From positions 18,786,001 to 18,850,000 of the forward strand of contig OZ024746.1 in NCBI GenBank assembly GCA_964016885.1: a DNA stretch of 64,000 bases, written 5' to 3'. This stretch comes from Eledone cirrhosa. Lineage: Eukaryota. Both the position numbers and the translations under genes were made by a program. Positions within the stretch are counted from its first letter, which is position 1. The number at the start of each line of letters is the position of its first letter. Below are positions 26,659-40,039 of this stretch, piece by piece. The notes below the pieces were generated by a model. That model did not search any database. It was not told the DNA's origin and was given only the letters and a program-made list of their open reading frames with translations.

Positions 26659-27479
26659 CCTCGAATAAGAATCCATAATTATTACAATATATCAGTGGAC
26701 CTTCAATAAAAACATTATTTGTTATTTTAATGCATTACAACTGACATTATCACATATTTTGGCAAAAGTATGAACAAAGCTTATTCTTCTTTTTAATAAC
26801 CCTGTAAAATAAAATATTTGATTTGTACTGTGATATAGGAATTGATTGACAAGACTTCATTCAGTAACTGAGTTGGGTGGAACTCATCAAATCGGACCAA
26901 AGAAACAATGTTTCCAATGGTCTTTCCAATTGCTGATGCTATCTACCTGTTGCAACTCCTGACAGAAGGAGCAACATGAAATAAAGTGTCTTGCTCAAGG
27001 ACATAATGCATCGTTCAGTCCAAGAATCCAACTTACAATGCCACAATTGTGAATCCAATTCTCTAACCACTAAACCACACCTTCACCAGACTTAAGTAGT
27101 GAAAATAACCTGTAAGAAAAAAATATCTATTTTAATGCATTTTAGTTAAAGTCTGTTCTAAACCAAAGGCTCACCAGGCTGGTGTTTATCTCTGGTTTCC
27201 TTAACACTAAGTGACAGAGTACAAGACTCTACCTGGATAGAATGCTGGTCTATTGCAAGATTAACCCCTGCAGCTTCTCAGCTGAGTGTACTGGAGCAGC
27301 ATGAAATAAAATGTTTTGTTCAAGAATACAACACAGCAGCTAGTCCAGGAATCAAACAGATGCCATTAAGATCATAAATCAAACATACTAACCATTAAGT
27401 CATCTGGCTTTACTTAATGAAAAACAGTTAAAAATACAGAGAAAAGAGAAATGCAAAATTGGTCAAAGAAATTACTTAC

Positions 27480-28797
27480 TTTCAGAGTGGTAACTTGAAT
27501 TATGTGTAATAAGAGACCGATGGCTGCCTGGTAAACACTGTTGGTAAGTATAATCCTGTAATATACTCCCAGCACGATTGTCCAAACAAATCTCATTAAA
27601 ATCACTTGCACTGTTTTTTTTGGATTTTAAAATATTTTTAAAGTTATTTAGGTCATATGATAATGTGATTAGAGAGGAATCAGATTTCTGAGGACTGAAC
27701 GGTAGATTTGCGTACTCTGGCTCCGACTGAAGCAATGAGCGGAGAGACATTTGATTGTTTGACCGTTCATGGATACATGCGTAATCCTGGTCAGTACTCT
27801 GAAATGAACCCTTCGATGAAATGCTATCCTGTACGGACACCGCACTGTCTTGCATATTGCGTAGTGATCCTTGGGAAGAGTGAGTGTCGGACATGTTGCG
27901 CAGAGACCCTTGGGAGGATTGGCTATCTGACAGATCACGGTTCCTCGACGAATGGGAAGCCTGACTGTCGGTACGCTCATGGAGGTAACCACCTCGGTGG
28001 GAGGAGTGGGATGTATCACTATCTGATCTATCATGGCGATTGTATCCATAGGGATCGCTGTATGTGTTGCCACTTTGTGAACTTTGTAGAGTCATCACAA
28101 TATGTTCTGGTTGATAAGGGATATCATAAGCTGGGGCAGATTGGTCAACGTTAATTTTCTTGTAAGAAGTCTGTCCATCTCTTCGAGGAACACCTACATA
28201 AGCTGGATTAGTACGAGGAAAGGATCTTGGTTTGGGTTTATGGGGAATAGGGCTGATATCACCTTGTTGATTTACTATATCCTGACTAAATGCAATAAAT
28301 TCTTCTTTTCCAGAGGAATATTCTCCTCCGTATATACTTCGATCAGTTCCGATAATAGTTTCTGAGCCGTAAATTTCTGATTTTGTTTGGAGTGGGCTGG
28401 CACAGTAAATATCGCTTCTGTAGTTTCCTCCTTGTTCTCCATAACTTCCTTGTCGACCATGAAAAGAATGATTATCTATTTTGCTTGGACTGTCATGCCA
28501 GCGGTAACTTCCATGTCTTGTCTGCACTGGTGTCTGTGTCCCACAACTGTCCATGTTCTTTTGAGAAATATGGGCCCTCTGGATACGAGGAGAGTCTCGT
28601 AGCCGCAGGGATGCAGACCTTTCGAAAGAATCTCGACGTACCAGTCTTCCTTGGATGGCCAGGTCCTGAGACCTGTCCAATTGCTGGGTAGACTGGGTGG
28701 GTTGGCTACCTCTACGGCGAAGGCGCTGTTCCCCATTAATGTGGTATTCATGACTGGAGCTGCTGTGGGACGACAGAGAATCTTGACGATCAAATCG
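27480..28797 (-). CDS. Large internal coding exon (1318 nt), disordered Ser/Arg/Gln-rich region (RFDRQDSLSS...NSSYHSE)
   Basis: Acceptor tttctttttatctttgtag|CGA at 28797; frame stays open through the 402-aa ORF; donor A|gtaagt at 27479 (phase 1); GC and CpG higher than the flanks. Confidence 0.9.
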
Positions 28798-30053
28798 CTA
28801 CAAAGATAAAAAGAAATATCACATACAGTTGGAGTTATATCAAATTCTTTATTATTTTTATGTAATTTTATCCTAGAAATATATTTGAGAATTTTGAAAT
28901 AAAATTTTTGTAAATAAAAAAAAAAAAGATATAAAGTATTAAAAATAATATTTAGTAAACAAATTAAAACGAAAGATATATTTCAAAATTTTGTCATCAA
29001 AGATTAATGAAATTGTATAATTAAAAACAAACAGAAAGAATATAATTTAATCAGCAAATAGTAATATACTTTTATACAGAACAAATATGTCTGGACCATC
29101 AATTATTAATAGTTTTTTTATTTGTTTGTTTGGTGTAGCAAATAATCAATTATATGTCTAAACCATGGAATAAACGATAAGTATATTATGATGCAAGTTA
29201 GAAATTAAAACCCAAACAAAACCAAAAATCTATATGATACAATGTAATTCTAAGCTGGTAATACAAGCAATAGAACTAAACATTCAATGATATAATGCTT
29301 TTGAAAACTCATGATTGCTATTGGCCACGATTCAACTGTATTGAAGGCCATAAAATATTTACTTCCTGCTATAAATTTTTAGTGGTGTTCAATCAACTAA
29401 ACAATAGGTTCCAGGATAAAAAAAAAAACCCACAATAAAATAAAAAGCCACAAAAAAAAAAAAAAAAAAAAAAAATTTCTTACAACTGCAAACTACTGAC
29501 AATTTTAGGGAAATTCAATATTTCTGTGAAGTAATTTAGTATTATATATTTCTGTATAGTGATAGTAATTTAGCGACTTTATATTGTGAAATAAAGTTAT
29601 GTGAGGGATAGAAACAAAGTTTATTATAATTTCTGAAAAACAACAAGAAAAAAAAAGAAAAAAGAAAAAATAACAATAAAGCAATAAAATAACAATAAAT
29701 GTCAAACTAGGCTGTTAAGTTGTTTAATCCAGGTCAGCAATGACTTAAGTAAGCTATGATCAAAGACATTCCATTTATGGACATTCCAACTTTTATTCAA
29801 CAGTGTATCTAGAACTACATTATTATCCAATGTATTCTACACATTTTAAAAGACAGTAGTGTGTAATCTGAGGGAGATTTGGTGGCTATTTCAGCAAGCT
29901 GAATTACCATGTAGAACCTTCTTTTCTGGCTTGTGTCAAACTAGATATTATATAATGAAGTAAAAATATTATCTTTCTACACAAAAAAACATGTTCACAT
30001 CAATATTAATCAGGAAGGTGTTTGCCCCTACCCTCAATTTGCTATGTTCAATG

Positions 30054-30225
30054 AATTTGTATGAGAAAATATATGAACTTGGTTAGTCCATTGTATTAAC
30101 CTAAGACAATTTGTATGAGAAAATATATGAACTTGGTTAGTCCATTGTATTAACCTAAGACAATTTGTATGAGAAAATATATGAACTTGGTTAGTCCATT
30201 GAATTAACCTAAGACAATTTGTATG
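30054..30225. repeat. 54-bp tandem repeat, 3 copies
   Basis: aatttgtatgagaaaatatatgaacttggttagtccattg at 30054, 30108 and 30162. Confidence 0.93.
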
Positions 30226-33200
30226 CTTTTGTTTTTTTTAAACAAATTGAAAAGATCCCACACCTCATGCACTTACCGGGTGAGGTGGAACTCATCAGAT
30301 CAGACCAAGGAAACAATTTCTATTGCTAATACTATCTACCAATTGCAATTCCTGACAAAAAGAGCAATGTGAAATAAAGAGTCTTGCTCAAGGACATAAC
30401 GCAATGCCTGGTATGGGAATTGAATTCACAACCTCATGATTGTAAATCCAATCCTCTAACCAGCAAGCCGCATACCTCATATATTTATATAGTCAGAAAT
30501 TTCCCACATCATGATATTAAAAGCAGTTAATGAGAGTCTCTAATAACTAGATTTCTTGAATAATAATTGTTTCTACTTTTGGCACAAGGCCAGCAATTAA
30601 TCAGTACATTACTGGTACTTTATTTTATCGACCCCCGTAAGGATGAAAGGCAAAGTTAACCTCGACGGGATTTGAACTCAGACCGTAAAAGGGACATAAC
30701 TATGCTAGAAAGCATAGCGTCCGACCCCCTACCAATACTGCCAATCCATAATAATGATATTTAGTTATAACAGCTGAATTGGCTGTCAGTGAGCTATGTA
30801 TAGCACTATAAAGCATTTAATCAATGTACAAATAACAAATAGTAGAACAGTTCTGTTTATAAAGGTGACTTAATCAATGCTACTGGTATGGAAACTAAGT
30901 CACAATGCTAATATTCAATGTTGTCTTTCTTCTAAAACATCTAAAATCTGTCACAAGCCTGTAGGGTCATCAGACTGGTGCTTACCCCAGTTTCTGTGGT
31001 GTGAAGTGACCGAGAGTACAAGACTCCCCACTGGACAGAACACCAGTCTCGAGTCATAGGCTCATCAGGCCGGTGCTTATTCCGGTTTCTATGGCATGAA
31101 GTGCCAGAGTACAAAACTACCCCTGGATAGGACGCTAGTACATCACAAGATTACCCCCCTCCCTCCAGCTCATTTTCAACTGAGTATACTGGAACAAAGT
31201 GAACATGAAGTGTTTTTCTCAAGAACACAACACACAATCCAGTCCAGGAATTGAACCCACAACATTACGATCATAAGTCCATCACCCTTACCACTAGGCC
31301 ATGTGCCTTGTCTTTGTTGACTATAAAATATATCTAGAGTATGTATTACAAGTGTGGAACTGCTTGATTATAAGAATTGGAATAAAATTAATATAATCTG
31401 TTGAAACAAAAAGTAAACTAAATTTGGGTCATCTGAAAAAATTTTGGAGATTAGAGGCAGATGAAACTTCTAGAGATTGTTGGCGGAGGGGAAAGTTGAT
31501 TAAATCACCCTCAGTGTATTACTGGTACATTATTTTATTGACCCTGTAAGGACGAAAGGTAAAGCTAACCTTGGTGGAATATGAACTCAGAATGCCGTGA
31601 AGCATGTTGTCTGACGCTCTACCAATTTCTGCCCTACTTAGAGGCATATAATGAGAATAGAAGCTAGGAGGGAATCAACAAGTGTTTTTTGCTAATGGCA
31701 AAAAATAGGAAAGGGACTATCATATATAGGTAAGGGTAAAGAAAATTGGGCAGGGTATTTTAAATTAAGAGAGAGAGAGAGTTGGATGAATTTAATAAAG
31801 ACTAAAGATATGGATAGCGAGTTAGATTATCAATGTTTAGAAAAAGGTTCGAAATGTCAGAAAACCAACATGTTGCTGACCTATCTTAGTGAGTTAATGA
31901 GCATGAAGGGGGAGGGCTTCAAACAGAAACAATAAACCCATATAAAACCTACAAATGCATCCATTACTGATAACTATTCTAATTAGAGCAGTTAAGAACA
32001 TTTTACAAGTACAGTACAGAATACATTAATTATGAAAATAGTGTAATTTTGTAAAAGTGACAGCAATTTGTATAAATTATATAATGAAAAACAATAATTA
32101 ACAGCTTAACATTACTAGACTTTATACTTTTTATATATTTATGAGAAGAACCATGTCTTTCTATGTTTATTAAATCAGTAGTTTTTCAAGTTTTCTTAGA
32201 TTAAAAAAGAAATGTATGTAAAGTGGTTGACATTAGGAAGGGAATCCAGCCATAGAAAGCTTGCCAAACAAGGGGTTGGGAGGACCCTTCAAGCTGTGTC
32301 AAAAGACATGACAACTTCTCCTCTGCACTTGATAGAACTTATGGCCATACGTAAGCCGGATGCAGACAGTGTGTTTGGGAGGTTAGTAACAGAAAAAGCA
32401 GATGTCAAATGATGATGATGATTCCTATTCATATGATTTTGATAACTGTTGAAAATCTTGGCAAAATCTGACATTGGAATACATGCTGTAATCATTTAAT
32501 ATATTTAATGCATTTGAAAACCTGTTTGCTGCAATAACATCAGTACAGGAAAATAATTAATTTGGCAGCCTTCCTAAAAAACCAGCAGAGGGTGGTACAT
32601 AGGAGGTGAAGTTGAGGGTGAAGAAAAAAGAAAAGTTTAACATTGTTTTGATCACTTGCATTTCTCTAGAGACAATAATTATGTTATCTATCAGAAGTTT
32701 TAGTAATAATTTATTACATGGGTTCAATTATACAATAAGGATCACACATCCAATTGTGGAGAGGTATCTATAGGCTTTGATTTATTAAATAATCCTATTT
32801 GTAATTTGATTTCTATCAATTTTAATCAAACCATTGAAAAGTTGAACTTTTGTGACCATAGTATCAGCAATCAAAAGACTAATGGAAACGTTTTCTTGAT
32901 CTGATTTGATAAGTTTCACCTCATTCTGGAAGTGAATGAGGTCTGGGGTCTTGTTGATTGATTCAATTGATCAATTTATACATTCTTGAAATTTGTTTCC
33001 CTTTAAGAAGAAAACAAAATCAATTAATTTTAATATTGATACTTATTTGAATCATTAATGGTTTTATTCTATCAGGTTACACATTCTCCCATAATGTACC
33101 CATGTCATACTCATGAAACTTTTGTAAATCTACATCAATTCATGTCTAATGGTTTCTGATTTAGGCACAAGGCCAATACATTTTTGGGGAAGGGAAAGTC

Positions 33201-33307
33201 GATTAAATTGACCCCAGTGTGTTACTGGTACTACTTTATTTTATTGACCCTGTAAGGATGAAAGGCAAAGCTAACCTTGACATTGAATCACTAGTGAATT
33301 TATCCTG

Positions 33308-33610
33308 TCAGGTTACACATCCGCCCAGAATGCCAGAAGTCTCCACTGGCACAGCCTCATCAGAGAGCAGCCAATACTTTGACAGTTTGCCCTCTTCAGC
33401 TTGGCAGGGAGTAGCTGAACATACCTGGTTGCCGCTAGAGAAGGTGTCACAACATGTAGCATCCCAGATAAGGAGCCTACCCCTACAAAATGGAGAGATT
33501 GTCATGTTCTCTGGCCTTTTACAGTCTAGTTCCACTGGCTCGAGTTGGGAAAGGAAACCTGCGTCGCCCAGGCCATGCTTTATAATCTGGTTGAGAGAGG
33601 TGTTCATGTG
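33308..33610 (-). mobile_element. Fragment of a CRE-like non-LTR retrotransposon restriction-like endonuclease domain
   Basis: LNQIIKHGL..LEPVELDCKRPENMTISPFCRGRLLIWDATCCDTF..AEEGKLSKY..PVETSG resembles the LEP..KRPDG..WDATC.DT..E..K..KY..VET.G pattern. Confidence 0.75.
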
Positions 33611-34133
33611 AGCTATTGCTCTATGTCAATCACATGAATCAAGGATGGAATTACATACAGGAAGTAAAACACATGATAATAATCTACTTGGACAATCATC
33701 ACAGTCTAAATATTTGTAGCAGCCATTCATTGGAATGAATCCCTATATATAGAATTGAATATCACATTCCATAAAGTCATTTGAATAATATAGGAAGAGA
33801 GAGAACTCTCTCTCCTATTATTATAGCTGCTTATAACAACCTTATCTGTTAATGCCATTACAATATCATCCCTCTGATTATTTAGAATAGCTTAAGAGAA
33901 TCTGGCGATAAGAAATTGTTTGCTCAAGCTCTGATAATGGCTTTGTGGTTAGAGAGTTAGATTCACAATTGTAGGGTTGTGAGTTTGACTGGGTGATGTG
34001 TTATGTCCTTGAGCAAGACACTTTATTTCCCATTGCTCTTTCTGCCAGGAGTTATGATTGGTAGATAGTATCAGCAATGGAAAGACCAACGGAAACATTG
34101 TTTCCTTGATCCGCTCTGATGAGTAAATGAGGT

Positions 34134-34206
34134 CTAGGATCTTGTTGATTTGGATCAACAATGACTGTTTCACATTCATTGTTGATCCAAATCAACAAGA
34201 TCCTAG
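34134..34206. repeat. Perfect 31-bp inverted repeat with 11-nt loop
   Basis: 34134-34164 is the exact reverse complement of 34176-34206. Confidence 0.95.
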
Positions 34207-34389
34207 GGTGTGAATTAAAATATGTGTTATTTGATAATAGAAGGTAGTAGCTAGGTGAGAAAGAGGATGAGAAGAGTTATAACTAACAAAACCAATGAAG
34301 GAATGGTCAAGAAAGGAATAAGCTGCAGTGAAATATAATTCTACTTGATACTGAATAACTTTCACATAAATCTTATACTGTGAATGAAA

Positions 34390-34425
<36 letters not shown>

Positions 34426-34580
34426 ATGGATGGATGGATGGATGGATGGATGAGCTACATAACGTTGAGTGTTTTTCCTAGTATTACATCATGGTTAACT
34501 ATTATGGAATGACCAGTTCTATCCACTGGTGAGGTGAACCACTAAACTTAAATGAATATATTTTTATATATATACATACA

Positions 34581-34840
34581 TATATAAAGCGGCAATAAGA
34601 ATTGCAGCTTTTTGTAAACTTTATTACATATTAAAATTGGTTTCCATATTGATCAGCTCGGGTTTGATTATGTGATTGGATCCCGACTCTTAATCAACAC
34701 TTCTTCAGATATGAGAGTTTACATGGGTGGTCCCATATGATCTGATCACATGATCAAACCTGAGCTGAACAATATGGAAACAAATTGTAATATGTAATAA
34801 AGTTTACAAAAAGCTGCAATTCATATTGTCACTTTATATA
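34581..34840. repeat. About 102-bp inverted repeat with 56-nt spacer (fold-back element)
   Basis: 34581-34682 vs the reverse complement of 34739-34840, about 10 mismatches by eye. Confidence 0.92.
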
Positions 34841-36415
34841 CACTCTGCAAACTACAGCCACTTTAAACCTGGAGCACAACCTAACAAGAGACGGACACAG
34901 TAACATCATCGAGTGCTTCAACCAGCATTGCTGCTAGTAATTACAAGTTACCCACCTAATAACCTATATATATAGCTTAAACGTAAAAGTGAAAAAGCAC
35001 TGGAGTATATTTAAAGATTATTTTTTTTCTCTAATCCGACAATGAATATTTTTATAATTGTTACATTAAGTGGATTTATATTTTGTCCAATATTACCAGT
35101 TTCAATTGGTGTATCAATCTTATTAAATATTAAATAAAGTATGTTCTCATATTCTGTGGGTAGAATATGAGATAGTTTAAGCCAATGAAACCACTATATC
35201 AATTTCACTGCTTTTAATAGTGAAATGTCCTTCTTGGATAGCTTCCCTGGCAGACCTGAAGCAAGAGATCAGTGTTAAACTCTAATGATAGATTACAAAG
35301 TGTTGACACTTCAGTTAGTAGACTAACAACCTATTAACTTTGTAAACTTCAAATCATAGCATGAAAAACAAAACAAAACACCCCCTGCTCATAGAAAAAA
35401 AACAAACTCACAATCCTTAATAGATCATTAGGTTTGCCACCAAAAGTTTTGTCTTCATGTACTGTATCAAGGGGGAAATCAACTGAAGGAAACCAATCAT
35501 ATTCTACAAATATTGACTAGAGATAGAAACTGACAGCATGAAGAGGATGGAGAAGTGGAATGATCCATCCAGGGGAGAAATCTGCATTGCAGACTCATTT
35601 TGTCACAACCTGGAGCACTCACACAAATCTCTGGGTGTATATAGGAAGAGGAGGAATATGATGGACAAGATCCACATTCTGTAGCTCTCACAAAACTCCG
35701 TGTGTATATCAGAGGAAGAGGAATATGATCAACAATATCCTCCATTTGCTTACAGAGTTGGGTGGAACACTTCAAATTAGACCAAGGAATCAATGTTTCC
35801 ATTGGTCTTTCCAATTGCTGATACTATCTACCAGTTGCAACTACTGGCAGAAAAAGTAAAATGAAATAAAGTGTCTTGCTCAAGGACATAATGCATCACC
35901 TGGTCTGGAAATCAAACTCCACGATTGAGAATCTAATTATCTAACCACTAAGCTACATGCCTTTACTAGGACTTTACCAAATTATTATTTTTGCCAAAAT
36001 CAAAAACTATTCTTTCATCTACTGTTTGGTTCCAAAAATGAGGAAATAGGCAATCAGAATATTTCCATATTTAGTCAAGTAAATAATCCTTTAAAATCTT
36101 TATCTAAAACTAATTGAATACTCCCAATAAATTTAGAGCCACAAGTAAAACTGTAATGGTTAAAAACCCTAAGGAAAACAACAGGCTTTACACGATTAAT
36201 AATTATTATATCAGGTCTTTCAGTTTGTATATATTATTTTTGTCACACCACACCAGACTGACTAACAACCTGTCGTGTTGGCTATTATCACATTATACAT
36301 AATGATGTAATTATATAAGTTGGTGTGTGTGTATAACTTCTAACATGTAAACATAGAACTGTTCCTCATTTCATTTAGTAATTTTTTCTGCTATGAAAAT
36401 AATTTTTCTAAGGAT

Positions 36416-36925
36416 GTGGACAAAAAGCACTCAGCACATAGTGTAAGGTGGCCGTGTAGGTGTCACGACAAAAAGCACCCAGTCCACACTGTAAGGTGGC
36501 CGTGTAGGTGTCACGACAAAAAGCACCCAGCCCACACTGTAAGGTGGTCATGTAGGTGTCACGACAAAAAGCACTCAGTCCACCGTGTATGTGTCACAAC
36601 AAAAAGCACCCACACTGTAAGGTGGTCATGTAGGTGTCATGACTAAAAGCACCCAGCCCACACTGTAAGGTGGTCATGTAGGTGTCACAACAAAAAGCAC
36701 CCAACACACAGTGTAAAGTGGTTGTGTAGGTATCACGACAAAAAGGCACCCAGCACACAGTGTAAATGTGGTTGGCGTTAGGAAGGGCAACCAGCCGTAG
36801 AAACCTAGTCAGGAACAGTTCTATATGAGCAAGACACAGTTTCCTGACACGACTTGTCTCTAATGGGACAACCCGTCTAACCCATGCTAGCATGGAAAAT
36901 GGATGTCAAACAATGATGATGACGT
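36416..36925 (+). mobile_element. SINE-like element with internally amplified ~46-bp unit (gacaaaaagcacccagc..cactgtaaggtgg..gtgtaggtgtcac) and RTE-type tail
   Basis: About 8 units, then ggcgttaggaagggca..cccatgctagcatggaaa..gatgatga; relatives at 38160-38490, 54290-54425, 55205-55605 and 58502-58695. Confidence 0.8.
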
Positions 36926-36939
36926 GGAAATTATTATTG

Positions 36940-37680
36940 GATAAAAGTAGTGGATTGGCAGGTCTTCCTCTACTATGGCTTCCTTCACCCAGCGATTATC
37001 ATCCATGCACATCACATGTTCATACCAGTGCAGTTTTCTCTCTGGCACACTACATTTATTCCTCTTATACTCAGTTTTTCTCTCAGTTCATTGTACATCC
37101 ATGCTTTGTAATTCATGCACATTATCATTGCACATCTATCGAAACATGTTTACTTTATTTCTTTCCTTCCTTTATATATGTTCTGATTCACTGCCCATGT
37201 CTCATTACTATGCAGCATGGCACATTGCACACAGGTATCATGTAGCCATCCTTTCCTTCATATAGAGAAACTTTTTGTTGTCAACAGAGGCAGTGGCTCT
37301 CTAAACATTTTACATCCTGTTCTTATTCTAGCTACTATATCCTTAGAGCAACACCCTCCACTAGGATTAGCAAACATTTATTTCATTGACACTCTTACTA
37401 ACTATCTCTGTACATCTACCACATACAAAGACTATCTTTACTGTTAGTCTACCTACTATCCCCACTACACCTCTTGTGTACCCATATTTTACATTGTATA
37501 GAGTTTCTACCAACTCCTTTTCTACATATAGAGCAAGACCATTTCCCTGATGATATCAGAGTCGTGTTTTCTTTCCTACTTACTAAAAATTTGATTTTTG
37601 TCAAGTTTATTCTGAGCCCATTTGATTGTAAGAACCAGACCATCAACATACAGAAGTTCCTACGGACAGCCACTCTTAAA
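36940..37680 (-). mobile_element. RTE LINE fragments (RT C-terminus with Cys-rich insertion and 3' region)
   Basis: GLRINLTKIKFLVS..SGKWSCSICRKGVGRNSIQCKIWVHKRCSG; degenerate LREKLSIRGI..ERKLHWYEHVM. Confidence 0.75.
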
Positions 37681-38053
37681 CTCTTTTGTTATGGTGTTAT
37701 TACCTGGAGGATTTTAATAAACAGAACTGGACTGAGGTCTGACGTATATATATATATACATATATATACACATACACACATACATTCACAAAACACTTAT
37801 GTTATTACAATTTAGAGAAACAAAATTATATTGAGTATAACAAAACATCAAATACAGTACATCTTCAGAAGTACTATAAACAATTATACAATGATCTGGG
37901 ATTCAGCAAGCCCAAAAGAAAATTGTTGTACCTTTGGAGGACTACAGGTCATTGTATAATCGTTTATAATGTATATATGCATATATCCATATATATAATG
38001 TATGTAAAAAATAAATAGAAACAACAACAAATGACACAGTACAATGAAGAAAT

Positions 38054-38085
<32 letters not shown>

Positions 38086-39024
38086 CACACATACATGTTT
38101 CCCTCCCACTTCTCCCAATTCCCACCTTCAATATTACACATCCCTCTCATCTAACCTATGCTGCTAGACCACTCTAAGGTGGTTGTGCAGGTGACAAGAC
38201 AAAAAAACCCAGTTCACCCCGTATGTTGGTCATGCTGGTATTATGAGGAAAATGCACTCAGTTCATCTTGCATGGCGGTCGTACTGGTGACAACAAAAAG
38301 AATCCAGTCCACCCTGAAAGGTGGTCGTGTTGGCGACATGAAAAAAAGCACCCAGACCACACTGGTAATGTGGTTGACGTTAGGAAGGACATCCAGCCGT
38401 AGAAACTAAGCCAGAAACAGTTCTGTATGAACAATACACTGTCCTCTGATCTGACATGTCTCACAACGAGACAAAACTCGTCTAATCCATGTTGCTCCGC
38501 TCAAAATCCTGTCATCTGCACTAAATGCGGCTTGATATTTAAATCAGTTAAATCAGCAGCTGGACTAAAGAGCCATTTAACGTATTGATATACGATGGGA
38601 GATTCCATTACACATGGAACAGTCAAGTGACAGGACACTGAAATCTTACTAGTATTTACTTGAGCCTTAAAGTCCGGCTAACACACCTCTTAGTTATTAA
38701 GTACAACATTTTAAAGCAATCAACATCAACAACAGCAGCAATACATTGAAACAAACAGCAGGAATTAGAGAAGATAAGCGCTTTGTTAATTAGCAAAATT
38801 GTTGGCAAGATGAATGGGTGTCTTTCATAAAATCTGAGAAACATGCGACAACATCGAATAGAACCGTCGAATCGATGGTCTTTGTAAACATCACGGAAAT
38901 AGCAGAAATTTTGAAATTGTGAAGAACAGGGGGGAAAAATCTATTATTTAAATATATTTATTTGTTTTTAATCCAGAAAGAAAACAATTTGTATTGAATG
39001 TAAATGTGAAGGTGGGTTTGAAGT

Positions 39025-39065
<41 letters not shown>

Positions 39066-39826
39066 TAATTTATAAGGAGTTCCAATTTGTTTTAGAGAAT
39101 GTGTGATTTGGCTTACAATAATAGTAATTTATTAGTGCGATATTTCATACACACATGGATGTATGGAGTTACATATTTTCAATACATTTTCCTTACATTT
39201 TATATAGTTTGATTATAAGATTTGAGAAAATTAAAATTAAAAAAATTAAAAAACGGCAAAAAAAAAAAAATAGAAAACACCATTAATGTTTACTGAATGC
39301 AGAAATATACTAAATTTTCTCACGAAATTCAGAGGTAACGAAAACATTTTAGAAATACAATTTAAAAACAATCTAAATTTTATAAATAACAAAATGAAAA
39401 TCGTTCGAACAGAGAAGAAGAAATAAAGAGGTGTATGTTAACTGTTAATTAGTAAATTAATTTAAAGTTAAAATGCATAGAAAAGAGAAGAACATGCGAA
39501 CATTATGATTTAAACACCAATATTTAGCGAAAAAGAGAGAGAGAGAGAGAGTGAATGAGAGAGTGAGTGAGAAAGTATGAGAGCGGGGGAGAGAGAAAAA
39601 GAGAGTATGAAAGCGAGAGAGAGAGATTGTTGTGTAACAATAAGACATTTGATTAATTAGCTTAGCTTGATTGAGCGAGCTACAAGTACGGCGTAAACAA
39701 AATATAAAATATAATATATATACATATATATATTAAAGTGGTAGGTGTGTATGTGTGGGGGTTAAAAGCCGGCTTAGTGAGATAGAAAGATAGCTTGACA
39801 TATGATGACATATGCTGTTTACTTAC

Positions 39827-40039
39827 ACTGCGTGGCAATAAGGTACATGTCTGTGTTTGGTGTGACGATGACTTGAGGGATCCTGTGCGAACATGATCTC
39901 GACGCTTTTGGAAAAAAAACAGAAATCCAATGAAAAGGGGGAAAGTGGAAAGAAAGACACACAAGGATATCTCCAAAACGACGTAAACGGAACAACAGTT
40001 TCCCATAAAGGTGATGACAGTCCGCGATATCAAGTCCAT
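39827..40039 (-). CDS. Probable alternative first coding exon, 71 aa (MDLISRTVITFMGNCCSVYVVLEISLCVFLSTFPLFIGFLFFFQKRRDHVRTGSLKSSSHQTQTCTLLPRS)
   Basis: In-frame ATGs at 40039 and 40006; ends AGT|gtaagt (donor at 39826), phase 0, in frame with exon 28797; non-repetitive CpG-containing context. Confidence 0.65.

Noticed and set aside
30255-30330. CTGATGA and GAAA motifs in the SINE hairpin body as a hammerhead ribozyme
   Set aside because: No stem I and no valid NUH site in the required topology
38656-38844. ATG-initiated 62-aa hydrophobic ORF as another first exon
   Set aside because: No convincing phase-0 donor (only a weak gttagc); cannot be supported without RNA data
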